Assembly: GCA_019114845.1 (NCBI GenBank)
Contig: DXEU01000149.1
Span: 1 to 45,449, forward strand
Reading direction: 5' to 3'
DNA: 45,449 bases
Source of the DNA: Candidatus Lachnoclostridium stercoripullorum
GTDB lineage: Bacteria; Bacillota; Clostridia; Lachnospirales; Lachnospiraceae
The notes under the pieces: model-generated
What the model was told of the DNA's origin: nothing
The model's database searches: none
The model's input: only the letters and a program-made list of their open reading frames with translations
Shown here: positions 17,860 to 26,944 of the stretch, piece by piece
How the letters are laid out: the number at the start of each line of letters is the position of its first letter
Numbering within the stretch: the first letter of the stretch is position 1
Program-made: the position numbers and the translations under genes

Positions 17860-18837
17860 GTGAACGACAATTATATAGAGATCCTGGAGCAGTACGGGCT
17901 GGAGCTTTTTTCCGCCAGGAAGGGAAGGGGAGCCTGGCTCTGTGAGACGGACAAAGGGTTGAAGATGGTGCGGGAGTACAGGGGAACCATCCGCCGTCTG
18001 GAATTTGAGGACGAGGTGCTGAGGACGGCGGCGGAGAACGGCCTTCTGGCGGACCCATATATGCGCAGCCGGGAGGGAAGCCTGGCGGCCGTGGCCGGCG
18101 ACGGGACCAGGTACATCGTGAAGGACTGGTACGCGGACCGGGAGTGCAATCTGAAGGACACCAGGGAGGTGGTGCGGGCGGTGGAGAAGATCGCTGGCCT
18201 GCACCGGATTCTCCGGCAGATCCCTTTCCGGGAGGAGTGGAGCATGGGTTCCATCATGGGGAAATCCCTGGCGGCGGAGATGAAGCGCCACAACCAGGAG
18301 CTGTGGCGGGCCAGGAATTTTGTCCGCTCCAAGAGAAAGAAGACGGATTTCGAGCTTCAGGTGATCCACGGCTTCCAGAATTTCTATGAGCAGGCTGCGG
18401 AGGCGGCGGAGGGCATGGCCCGGATCTTTACAGAAGAAAAAGACCGGGCTCTTTTTTTATGCCATGGGGACCTGGATCAGCACCATCTGCTCATGACCGG
18501 GCGGGGGATGGCGGTGGTGGAATTCAACCGCATGCACTTTGGCGTGCAGGTCACGGACCTGTACCACTTCCTGCGCAAGGTGATGGAGAAACACGAGTGG
18601 AACAGCGCCCTGGGACAGTCGGTATTGGATGTGTACCAGAAATACCTGCCCCTGTCGGAGACCGAGAGAAAATGCCTCCACTACCTGTTTCTGTACCCGG
18701 AAAAATACTGGAAACAGATCAATTTTTATTACAATGCCAACAAAGCCTGGATCCCGGAAAAAAACATCGAAAAACTGAAGAAACTGGAAGAACAAGAGAA
18801 AAATCGATGGAAATTTTTACATCAGCTGCAAGGATAA
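17860..18837 (+). CDS. CotS-family spore coat protein (kinase-like fold)
   Basis: GTG start after GGGAGG; LCETDKGLK, LCHGDLDQHH, DLYHFLRKVMEK, YPEKYWK motifs typical of clostridial CotS/YsxE-like proteins. Confidence 0.85.
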   Translation: MNDNYIEILEQYGLELFSARKGRGAWLCETDKGLKMVREYRGTIRRLEFEDEVLRTAAENGLLADPYMRSREGSLAAVAGDGTRYIVKDWYADRECNLKDTREVVRAVEKIAGLHRILRQIPFREEWSMGSIMGKSLAAEMKRHNQELWRARNFVRSKRKKTDFELQVIHGFQNFYEQAAEAAEGMARIFTEEKDRALFLCHGDLDQHHLLMTGRGMAVVEFNRMHFGVQVTDLYHFLRKVMEKHEWNSALGQSVLDVYQKYLPLSETERKCLHYLFLYPEKYWKQINFYYNANKAWIPEKNIEKLKKLEEQEKNRWKFLHQLQG

Positions 18838-18894
18838 TGCTTTCTTTTTTGTGCAGAATGATGTATAATATTCACGTCAGCAATGAGCCGTGCG

Positions 18895-19023
18895 CAGGCT
18901 GTCAGGGGCAGCCCCGCGCTGTGCTTGCACAGAAGCGGGGCTGCCCCTGACAGCCTGGATAGGGCGAAGCCCGTGAGCCCCCGGAATTTTCCGGCCCGCC
19001 ACGGGCCGGAAAATTCCGGGGGC
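18895..19023. repeat. Two long perfect palindromes (23-bp and 22-bp stems)
   Basis: CAGGCTGTCAGGGGCAGCCCCGC (18895-18917) with its reverse complement at 18935-18957; GCCCCCGGAATTTTCCGGCCCG (18977-18998) with its reverse complement at 19002-19023. Confidence 0.92.
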
Positions 19024-19113
19024 CGCAAGGCGTCGCAGGCCGCAGTGCCGCAAGGCGTCGTAAGCCGCAGTGCCGCAAGGCGTCGTAAGCCGCAGTGCCG
19101 CAAGGCGTCGCAG
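19022..19113. repeat. 25-bp tandem repeat GCCGCAGTGCCGCAAGGCGTCG[TAA/CAG], ~3.7 copies
   Basis: Full units at 19039, 19064 and 19089 plus a partial unit at 19022; no spacers. Confidence 0.92.
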
Positions 19114-19224
19114 ATCGCGGGGGCCGCAAGGCGCGGCGTGCGCAGGGCTGTGAGCCGCAGGTGCAGGACGTTGCTGGCGCAAATATGCCGCGAACCACGC
19201 GGAATTCAGGAGGAGACAGCATCT

Positions 19225-20961
19225 ATGAAAGATTACATGAAAATTTATGAAGAATGGCTGAGCAATCCCTATTTTGATGAGAAGACCAAGGACGAGCTCC
19301 GCGCCATCGCCGGAAATGAGAACGAGATCAAGGAACGCTTCTACATGGATCTGGAGTTCGGCACCGCCGGACTGAGAGGCATCATCGGCGCCGGAATCAA
19401 CCGCATGAACATCTATGTGGTGCGCCGGGCGACCCAGGGCCTTGCCAACTACATTATCAAGCAGGGCGGAGCCGACAAGGGCGTGGCCATCGCGTTTGAC
19501 TCCCGCCACATGTCTCCGGAATTCGCGGAGGAGGCAGCTCTGACTCTGGCTGCCAACGGCATCAAAGCCTACAAGTTTGAGTCCCTTCGTCCCACCCCTG
19601 AGCTGTCCTTTGCGGTTCGCGAGCTGGGATGCATCGCCGGCATCAACATCACCGCCAGCCACAACCCGCCGGAGTACAACGGCTACAAGGTTTACTGGGA
19701 GGACGGCGCACAGTTCACCCCGCCCCACGACAAGGGCGTGACCGAGGAGGTGCTGGCCATCGAGGATCTCTCCACAGTGAAGACCACCACGGTGGAGGAG
19801 GCCACAAAGGCTGGAAAATATCAGATCATCGGAGCTGACATCGACGACAAGTACATCGCCCAGGTGAAGGCCCAGGTGGTCAATCAGGACGCCATTGACA
19901 AGATGCAGGACAGCATCAAGATTGTATATACGCCTCTCCACGGCACGGGAAATATCCCGGTGAGAAGAGCCCTCAAGGAGATTGGCTTCACCCATGTGAC
20001 GGTGGTTCCCCAGCAGGAGCTTCCCGACGGAGACTTCCCCACCGTGAGCTACCCCAACCCCGAGTCCAAGGAAGCCTTTGAGCTGGGACTGAAGCTGGCC
20101 AAGGAGCAGGATGCAGACCTGGTGCTGGCCACCGACCCGGATGCAGACCGCCTGGGTGTGTATGTGAAGGACAGCAAGTCCGGCGAGTATATCCCCCTCA
20201 CCGGCAACATGTCCGGCTCCCTGCTCTGCGAGTATGTGCTGAGCCAGAAGAAGGCCAGAAATCAGATTCCGGCGGACGGCCAGGTGGTGAAATCCATCGT
20301 GTCCACCAACCTGATTGACGAGGTGGCCAAGGGCTACGGCGTGCAGCTGGTGGAGGTGCTCACCGGCTTCAAGTGGATCGGCCAGCAGATTTTAAAGAAT
20401 GAGCGCACCGGCAAGGGAACCTACCTCTTCGGAATGGAGGAGAGCTACGGCTGCCTGATCGGAACCTACGCCAGAGATAAGGATGCCGTGTCCGCCACGG
20501 TGGCCCTCTGCGAGGCGGCGGCTTACTATAAGACCAAGAACATGACCCTGTGGGATGCCATGGTGGACATGTATGAGAAATACGGCTACTGCCTGGATGC
20601 AGTGAAATCCATCGGCCTCTCCGGCATCGAGGGTCTGGCAAAGATTCAGGCCATCATGGACTACCTGAGAAACAACACGCCGGCGGAGATCGGCGGCTAC
20701 AAGGTGGTTTCCGCCAGAGACTACAAGCTGGACACCATCAAGGACATGGCCACCGGCGAGGTGAAGCCCACCGGCCTGCCCGCATCCAACGTGCTCTACT
20801 ACGACATGGAAGGCGGCGCATGGGTTTGCGTGAGACCGTCCGGCACGGAGCCGAAGATCAAATTCTACTATGGCGTCAAGGGCACCAGCCTGGAGGACGG
20901 CCAGAAGAAGTCTGACGACCTGGGCGAGGCTGTGATGGCCATGGTTCAGAAGCTGATGTGA
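19225..20961 (+). CDS. pgm: Phosphoglucomutase / phospho-sugar mutase
   Basis: AGGAGG RBS; FGTAGLRG, ITASHNP (phospho-Ser), TDPDADR, EESYG, RPSGTEPKIKFY. Confidence 0.95.
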   Translation: MKDYMKIYEEWLSNPYFDEKTKDELRAIAGNENEIKERFYMDLEFGTAGLRGIIGAGINRMNIYVVRRATQGLANYIIKQGGADKGVAIAFDSRHMSPEFAEEAALTLAANGIKAYKFESLRPTPELSFAVRELGCIAGINITASHNPPEYNGYKVYWEDGAQFTPPHDKGVTEEVLAIEDLSTVKTTTVEEATKAGKYQIIGADIDDKYIAQVKAQVVNQDAIDKMQDSIKIVYTPLHGTGNIPVRRALKEIGFTHVTVVPQQELPDGDFPTVSYPNPESKEAFELGLKLAKEQDADLVLATDPDADRLGVYVKDSKSGEYIPLTGNMSGSLLCEYVLSQKKARNQIPADGQVVKSIVSTNLIDEVAKGYGVQLVEVLTGFKWIGQQILKNERTGKGTYLFGMEESYGCLIGTYARDKDAVSATVALCEAAAYYKTKNMTLWDAMVDMYEKYGYCLDAVKSIGLSGIEGLAKIQAIMDYLRNNTPAEIGGYKVVSARDYKLDTIKDMATGEVKPTGLPASNVLYYDMEGGAWVCVRPSGTEPKIKFYYGVKGTSLEDGQKKSDDLGEAVMAMVQKLM

Positions 20962-21016
20962 TCACAGCCGCATATAATCGCTGATATATGTAATGACTGA
21001 TAAAATGTGAACAGCG

Positions 21017-21064
21017 GGGCGCTGCAGGCGCGGGAATCCCACGTCTGCGGCGCTCTTTTGTTTT
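21017..21064 (+). terminator. Rho-independent terminator after pgm
   Basis: GGGCGCTGCAGGCG...CGTCTGCGGCGCTC followed by TTTTGTTTT. Confidence 0.75.
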
Positions 21065-21090
21065 GAATGTTTTATGGAGACGACAAACCC

Positions 21091-22119
21091 ATGGCACAAA
21101 GAGATTACCGAATTGACAATGCAAAGGGAATTCTGATTATCCTGGTGGTGATCGGACATTTCCTCCTCCCGGTGGCCTCCACCCGCTTCACCACCAACAG
21201 CCTGTACCTGATCTACACCTTTCACATGCCCTGCTTCATCTTTATCTCCGGTTACCTGGCAAAAGGGGTGTACCGGGACGGGAAATTCCGGTGGGACAGG
21301 CTTTTGCGGCTCGCATGGCTGTATTTCCTGTTTGAGCTGGGAGTCCACGTGACGGAGGGGCTTTTGGAGGGGCATATCGGATGGCGGATCGATTTCCTCC
21401 ATGAGAGCGGTGCGCCCTGGTATCTGCTGGCCCTGATTTTCTGGTATCTGCTGATCCCGGCCTGCTTTTATATGGGAAAATGGATCTCCCTGCTGCTGGC
21501 ACTGGCGGTGGGCCTTGCCGGCGGGTACGCCGGCGGGCTGGGAGATTTTCTGGCAGCGGACCGGGTGCTGGCCTTCGCCCCATTCTTCTACCTGGGATAT
21601 TTCTTCTCCGGGAAGAATCTGAGGGATCTCTGTCGCGGCGGGCGGCGCCTGACCGCCATCGCCCTGGCGGCGGTGTGGGCGGCGGTGATATTTCTCGGCA
21701 CCTACGACTACCTGGAACCCTACCGCCTGGCGGTGTACGGGGCCATGTACGACCGGTTCGCGCCGGAGCTCTATCCGGTCTGCTGGCTGATCCGCCTGGT
21801 CTGCTACGGGGCAGCCCTCAGCCTGTCCCTGGGGCTGATCGCCTTTTTGCCGGCGGCGAAGCTTCCTCTCCTCACCAAACTGGGGCAGCGGACGCTGTCG
21901 GTGTACGTGCTTCACCGCCTGATCCGGGACCTGTGTCAGTATTTTGACCTGTACCGCTTCCTCAACGTCCACTCCAAGATCCAGGTGCTGACGCTCATGG
22001 GCGGCTGCGTCCTCCTGTCCCTGCTGCTGGCCTCCGGGCCGGTGTACCGGGGATTTCAGCTTCTGGCGGAGCTGCCGTTCCGCCTGGCCGGACGCCCCGG
22101 GGCCGGGAGAAGGGGCTAA
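21091..22119 (+). CDS. Acyltransferase family 3 membrane protein (O-acetyltransferase-like)
   Basis: RDYRIDNAKGILIILVVIGH, FHMPCFIFISGY, PWYLLAL, LGQRTLSVYVLH; polytopic. Confidence 0.9.
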   Translation: MAQRDYRIDNAKGILIILVVIGHFLLPVASTRFTTNSLYLIYTFHMPCFIFISGYLAKGVYRDGKFRWDRLLRLAWLYFLFELGVHVTEGLLEGHIGWRIDFLHESGAPWYLLALIFWYLLIPACFYMGKWISLLLALAVGLAGGYAGGLGDFLAADRVLAFAPFFYLGYFFSGKNLRDLCRGGRRLTAIALAAVWAAVIFLGTYDYLEPYRLAVYGAMYDRFAPELYPVCWLIRLVCYGAALSLSLGLIAFLPAAKLPLLTKLGQRTLSVYVLHRLIRDLCQYFDLYRFLNVHSKIQVLTLMGGCVLLSLLLASGPVYRGFQLLAELPFRLAGRPGAGRRG

Positions 22120-22152
22120 AGCGGCGTTCAGAAAAATGTAAGAATAAAGGAT

Positions 22153-22181
22153 TTGCACAGAGAGGTCTACTGTGATAGACT
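22153..22181 (+). promoter_or_regulatory. Promoter with overlapping BlaI-type operator
   Basis: TTGCAC-17 bp-TAGACT; the imperfect palindrome GTCTActgtgaTAGAC (22165-22180) overlaps the -10. Confidence 0.65.
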
Positions 22182-22265
22182 TGCCATATAGGCAGGACGA
22201 TCAAAGTAGACCTTTTGCGCGTGGGTGGAAGGCTCTGGGGAGGTCCTGGGGGAGGAGGAGAGGTT

Positions 22266-22631
22266 ATGGACGAGTTAAAGCTGTATGAGAGCGAATATCG
22301 ATTTATGGAGATCATCTGGGAGGCTCAGCCGGTGAGGTCCACGGAGCTTGCCAGGCTGGCGGCCTATCAGCTGGGGTGGAAGAAGTCCACCAGCTACACC
22401 GTGCTGAAGAAATTATCCGGCAGAGGCTTTGTGAAGAATGAGGGGGCGGTGGTGACGGCACTGGTGCAGCGGGAGGAAGTACAGCGGTACGAGAGTGAGA
22501 GTTTGGTGGACAAGAGTTTTGGAGGCTCTCTTCCGGCCTTCCTCACCGCATTTTTGAGGGATCGCAGGCTGACGCGGGAGGAGGCTGAGGAGATTCGCAG
22601 GATGATCGAGGAGGCGGTGAAGGATGACTGA
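22266..22631 (+). CDS. BlaI/MecI/CopY family repressor
   Basis: KLYESEYRFMEIIW, GWKKSTSYTVLKKL, FGGSLPAFLTAF; GGAGGAG RBS. Confidence 0.93.
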   Translation: MDELKLYESEYRFMEIIWEAQPVRSTELARLAAYQLGWKKSTSYTVLKKLSGRGFVKNEGAVVTALVQREEVQRYESESLVDKSFGGSLPAFLTAFLRDRRLTREEAEEIRRMIEEAVKDD

Positions 22632-24195
22632 CCTGTTGATAGCGGTTTTGAATCTGACCATTTCTGGGGGTGCAGCGGCGGGGATCGTCTGGATTCTGCG
22701 CCTGTTTTTGAGGAGGATGCCGGGGGTTTATTCCTATATTTTGTGGCTGCTGGTATTTTTTCGCTTTGCCAGCCCCTTCACCCTGGAGACGGCTCTGAGC
22801 CTCTTCCCGGTGAACCGGGAGAGCGTGGAGCCGGATATCGTCTACGAGATGGCGCCGGCGGTGCACACGGGGATCGGGGTGGTGGACCGGGCGGCCAACT
22901 CGGTTTTGCAGGGAGCATTTGCGGGAAATCCCCAGGGATCGGTCAATCCCCTGCAGGTGGCGCTGGCCATAGGGGCCCTGGCATGGGCGGCGGGGATCGC
23001 GGTGATCCTGGCGGTGCAGATTGGAAAGCTCCTTCGGCTGCGCGGGAGACTTCGCACGGCTGTCCGCCTGGAGGGGGAGGAAGGGGCTGTGGAGTCGGAA
23101 TGGGTGGAAGTCCCGGCGGTGTTTGGAATCCTTCACCCGGTGATTGTGCTTCCCTTCGGCATACCGGAGGGGGAGCGGCGATGGATTCTGGCCCATGAGC
23201 GCGCCCATATAGCCAGGAGGGATCATTTGGTGAAGGCGGTCTGCTTTGTGATCACGGTCGTCCATTGGTTCAACCCCATGGCGTGGATCGCCTACGGGAA
23301 ACTCTGTCTGGACATGGAGATCAGCTGCGATGAGCGGGCGGTGAGGCATATGGGAGCCGAGGAGAGGAAGGCGTACAGCATGGCCCTCCTGCAGTTTGCC
23401 GGGAGGCGCAGCGGGCTTTGGATCTCCCCGGCCTTCGGCGAGAGCCATACCAGGGAGCGGGTGAGGAGAGTGCTGGCTTCCCGCCGCCGGACGGCTGGCT
23501 GCACGGCGGTGGCCTGTGCCTGCACGGCCCTGGCGGGCTGCTGTCTCCTCACCAGCCCGGAGCCGGATGTGAGCGTCTCGGCGGTGACCATCATCGGCGG
23601 GGCGGACGGCCCCACCTCCATTTTCCTGGCGGGAAAGACGGGGGAGGGGGAGGAGAGCCTTTCTTACCGCCCGGCCCTGTGGGAGATGGATGCCCCGGCG
23701 GAGTCCGCAGCTTTAGGCTGGGCGGACGCGGAACTGCCGGATGCGGGAGCCATGGCGGTGATTTGCGGCGCCCCCGGGGTGACGGTGTTCGTCAGCGAGG
23801 ATGGGGAGCTGCGGGAGGTGGGATCGGTGAATCTGGGGGCCTTGGATGAACGGTACCGGGAGCTGTACAGCGGCGGTGCACATTCTGAACTGGGATTTTC
23901 TGTAAAGGCTGCTGGAAATGCGGTGGTGATGGGGATGACACAGGCGGGAGAATGGCTGCCGGGCCATATGTATCTGCTGCTTGCGGACAGCGGGGAGCTG
24001 TACCGCACTGACGGCGGGGAGCGCATGGCGGAGATCTTTGAATCCCTGGAACGCCAGGCGGGACTCTCCGGGGATTCCCAGGGGGAAAGCCCGGAGCGCA
24101 TGGTGCTGGTGTCGGAGACCGGCCTCCTTCAGGACCTGGCCATTGAGATCACAGGGCGGGGAGGGACTGTCCTCTGTCCCCTATTTTTTCAATAA
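22624..24195 (+). CDS. BlaR1-like M56 membrane metallopeptidase with non-penicillin-binding sensor domain
   Basis: TM segments, ILAHERAHIARRDH (HExxH), HWFNP, DMEISCDE; the C-terminal region does not resemble a PBP/class D beta-lactamase fold by eye. Confidence 0.88.
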   Translation: MTDLLIAVLNLTISGGAAAGIVWILRLFLRRMPGVYSYILWLLVFFRFASPFTLETALSLFPVNRESVEPDIVYEMAPAVHTGIGVVDRAANSVLQGAFAGNPQGSVNPLQVALAIGALAWAAGIAVILAVQIGKLLRLRGRLRTAVRLEGEEGAVESEWVEVPAVFGILHPVIVLPFGIPEGERRWILAHERAHIARRDHLVKAVCFVITVVHWFNPMAWIAYGKLCLDMEISCDERAVRHMGAEERKAYSMALLQFAGRRSGLWISPAFGESHTRERVRRVLASRRRTAGCTAVACACTALAGCCLLTSPEPDVSVSAVTIIGGADGPTSIFLAGKTGEGEESLSYRPALWEMDAPAESAALGWADAELPDAGAMAVICGAPGVTVFVSEDGELREVGSVNLGALDERYRELYSGGAHSELGFSVKAAGNAVVMGMTQAGEWLPGHMYLLLADSGELYRTDGGERMAEIFESLERQAGLSGDSQGESPERMVLVSETGLLQDLAIEITGRGGTVLCPLFFQ

Positions 24196-25143
24196 TTCTT
24201 TTATGTCCTCCAGGGCGCTGCCGAAGCGGCGGGAGGAGGCGGAGGGGTTGCGGAGAAGCAGGTTCTTGCGCCGGCGGTTCATGAGGGAGGCGATTGCCAG
24301 CCGCTTTTCCCGGATCTCCTGGCTGCGGGCCATGAGGGCGCTCATGCGGTCGCCGTACATGGCCTGGCCCAGTTTCTGCATCGCTTCGGTCTTCAGCTGC
24401 TCCACCCGTGTGGCGGCGTCCTCCCGGGCATCCGCAAGCTTCTGAGCGGCGTCCTCCCTGGCGCCTACCAGCTTCTGGGCAGCGTCCTCTCTGGCCACGG
24501 CCAATCTCTGGGCGGCATCCTCCCGGTATTCGCTCACCCGGTCAGAGGCATCCGCCCGCAGCAGGGCCAGCTGTACCTGGATATCGTCCAGTTCCGCCTT
24601 CATGCTGGTCATGGCCTCCAGAGCTCTGCCCAGATCCAGGGCGTCGCGGACAGACTGCACCGTATCTTCTGCGAAGAAGACGGAGAGGATGAGGACTCCG
24701 GCTATATCTGCGGCTGCGGGAATCCCCTGGACCAGCCGCGCCACAGGGGGATGGAGCACCTCTGTGAGGAGGATGGTGAGGAATCCCCAGGCGATGGAGG
24801 AGCTGAGACAGATGTAGCCCCGAAAATTAAACCGCTGGTCGCTGTAATCCCAGTATTTCATCTTGAACAGCCGCTCCATGGTCCAGCCGGTGACGTACTC
24901 CAGGATCGTCGCGGCCACGACGCCGGAGAGGTAGACCAGGAAAAGATTGTCCTCAAAGGGCAGGGAGACCCACAGCATCATGACGGCCCCCGTCCCGTAG
25001 AGGGGGAGAAGGGGCAGGCGGAGAAAGCCCCGGTTGACGAGGCGCTTTTTCAGTATGGATACGTAGGCGGATTCGAAAATCCACCCGGCGAAGCAGTAGA
25101 GATAGAAGAACGTGAGCCATTGGTACCAGGTGTAGCTGTACAT
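24181..25143 (-). CDS. Putative ABC transporter permease (CmpB/DUF1113-like) with coiled-coil tail
   Basis: GGAGG RBS; YCFAGWIFE, NRGFLRLPLLPLYGTG, LEYVTG, WDYS..FNFRGYICL motifs; 15-bp convergent overlap with the M56 gene. Confidence 0.85.
   Translation of the reverse strand: MYSYTWYQWLTFFYLYCFAGWIFESAYVSILKKRLVNRGFLRLPLLPLYGTGAVMMLWVSLPFEDNLFLVYLSGVVAATILEYVTGWTMERLFKMKYWDYSDQRFNFRGYICLSSSIAWGFLTILLTEVLHPPVARLVQGIPAAADIAGVLILSVFFAEDTVQSVRDALDLGRALEAMTSMKAELDDIQVQLALLRADASDRVSEYREDAAQRLAVAREDAAQKLVGAREDAAQKLADAREDAATRVEQLKTEAMQKLGQAMYGDRMSALMARSQEIREKRLAIASLMNRRRKNLLLRNPSASSRRFGSALEDIKELLKK
24412..24525 (-). repeat. 33-bp coding repeat (REDAAQ[K/R]LxxA) x4
   Basis: REDAA units recur at 33-bp spacing. 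Confidence 0.85.
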
Positions 25144-25238
25144 AAGAAACCTCCATTTGTGTCTGCATTCAGTTGCCGTGAGGCGGTTTGACCGCCTGTG
25201 GGGACAGTATAGCACAAATGGAGGTGCGAAGAAAGGCT

Positions 25239-26717
25239 TTATAAAATCTCTTCCAGGAGGCGGATGGATTCCTCGATGGCTTTCAGGGTCTCCTCCTTGG
25301 AGCAGATCAGTCCCGACTCAGGGAGATACTGGTAGAAGTCCCGGAAGGCCTCCAGGAAGGAGGGCTCCGTGATCTCGATGTAGTTAAATGTCGAGTTGGC
25401 GGCGTCGACGCCGCAGAAGGTCAGGGAGTCGTCCCCCCGCAGGGCGGCAAAGAAGTACCGGGACAGGCGGAAGGTGATGGGGTTGGTCAGCCGCAGAAAT
25501 TCCAGGTCCTCCTCGCAGGCGCAGTACATGCTCTTCAGGATGCGGATCCGGTCCGGGATCTCCAGGGGCATGGCGTACTGGCTGGGAATGTCGGAGATCA
25601 CGCCGGTCTGCGCGAAATCCTCCATGCCGCTGCGGCTGAAAATGCAGGAGTGGTTCTCCATGGAGGAGAGCTGGCGGACCCGGGCGCAGCCCAGTCGGAT
25701 GATCTCATCTCTCCCGGGGAGATCCGGGCGGACGTATTTCTCCACCATATCCTCCGTCAGGAAGGTGGAGAGGCACGGCTGCCATTCCAGGGTGTGGAGG
25801 GAGCCGGGGGACAGATCCCGGTCCAGCATGTCCCGCAGAATGGTGGTGGGAGACGTCTGGGAGAGCATCATGGAGGTGGTCTTCCCCAGGGAGTCCAGGA
25901 ACAGGTTCCTGAAGTGGGACACGATCTCCGGGCGTCTCAAGCAGAGGGCGGTCTGCCCGTCGCAGGAGAGGAGGATCACCATGCTCCCGGAGACCATATA
26001 ATAAGGAAATGCGTGCTGCACCGGCTCCGGCAGAAGCTCGTGGGAGTAGAAGCAGTACACCCGGTAGCGGAAATGCCGGGAGACGGTGAAGGGCAGAATG
26101 TGGAACAGGATGTCCAGGTTGGTGAGGGGCGTCGCCTCCGCGGCGGGCACCTTGATCATGGGGGTGATGTGGCGCAGCTCCAGGGGCTGGGCGCTGTCTG
26201 CCGGGGAGAGCTCAGACAGCAGCAGAGCCTTCAGGGCGGGAAGGTTGCCGGGGGCGTAGAGCAGGAGCTCGCCGGGCCCTCTCCGCCTCATATGGGAGGC
26301 GCAGGTGAACAGAAGCTGGCGGACGGCGGAGAGGCCGCAGATCAGGGCGGAGTCCTGCAGCAGGGCGCTCTCCGCATCCGGGAGGAGGGAGAGGGTGCCC
26401 ACCGTTCCCGAGATTCCGGAAAACCAGCTGTCAAGCCCGGCCATGGATTCGATGGATTTTTTGATGTACTGCCGCTGCAGATAGATGTCCTCCCCCATCA
26501 GCTGGATGGCAAACAGTTCCTTCAGCTCCGCCTTTTCGGCGGGGGACAGCTTCAGGACAGAGAGGAGCTTCTGGATCAACTCCTCCGAGGCATTTCTCTC
26601 ATCCGACAGAACCTTCTGCAGGGTGGTGCGGTTGACGCCGGCCAGGGAGGCCGCCTTGTAGATGGTGAGACCGTTCTCACTGATATATTTTCTCAACAGA
26701 TTTCCTAAACTTTTCAT
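25239..26717 (-). CDS. XRE/Cro-type HTH transcriptional regulator with large uncharacterised C-terminal region
   Basis: N-terminal LGNLLRKYISENGLTIYKAASLAGVNRTTLQKVLSDER HTH; divergent from the kinase cluster. Confidence 0.8.
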   Translation of the reverse strand: MKSLGNLLRKYISENGLTIYKAASLAGVNRTTLQKVLSDERNASEELIQKLLSVLKLSPAEKAELKELFAIQLMGEDIYLQRQYIKKSIESMAGLDSWFSGISGTVGTLSLLPDAESALLQDSALICGLSAVRQLLFTCASHMRRRGPGELLLYAPGNLPALKALLLSELSPADSAQPLELRHITPMIKVPAAEATPLTNLDILFHILPFTVSRHFRYRVYCFYSHELLPEPVQHAFPYYMVSGSMVILLSCDGQTALCLRRPEIVSHFRNLFLDSLGKTTSMMLSQTSPTTILRDMLDRDLSPGSLHTLEWQPCLSTFLTEDMVEKYVRPDLPGRDEIIRLGCARVRQLSSMENHSCIFSRSGMEDFAQTGVISDIPSQYAMPLEIPDRIRILKSMYCACEEDLEFLRLTNPITFRLSRYFFAALRGDDSLTFCGVDAANSTFNYIEITEPSFLEAFRDFYQYLPESGLICSKEETLKAIEESIRLLEEIL

Positions 26718-26731
26718 AACATTTCCCCCAC

Positions 26732-26849
26732 TGTGACAATGAATTTATCTTAACATGAAACATATTGCATGCCAATGTGTGACACTGCATTTTGACAATC
26801 CGTCACAATTGGTGTCACATATTGATAAAGTGGATTATTGAGATATAAT
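26732..26849. promoter_or_regulatory. Divergent promoter region with repeated TGTGACA/TGTCACA sites and a + strand promoter
   Basis: TGTGACA at 26732 and 26778, TTTGACA at 26791, GTCACA at 26802, TGTCACA at 26813; TTGATA-16 bp-TATAAT at 26822-26849. Confidence 0.6.
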
Positions 26850-26944
26850 TTTAAGAAAATGGCTGAAATTGGCTCTGACATTGGCGGATACTTACATAAT
26901 TATGCATAAAATGTCGAGCCCGGCAGATAGGAGGAAATGAGAGT

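Noticed and set aside
19022-19113. Possible CRISPR array (25-bp repeats)
   Set aside because: The units are head-to-tail with no unique spacers, and no cas genes are in the window.
18883-19224. 114-aa N-terminal extension of Pgm in the ORF track
   Set aside because: It is translated palindrome/repeat DNA; a strong AGGAGG RBS precedes ATG 19225, where Pgm-like sequence begins.
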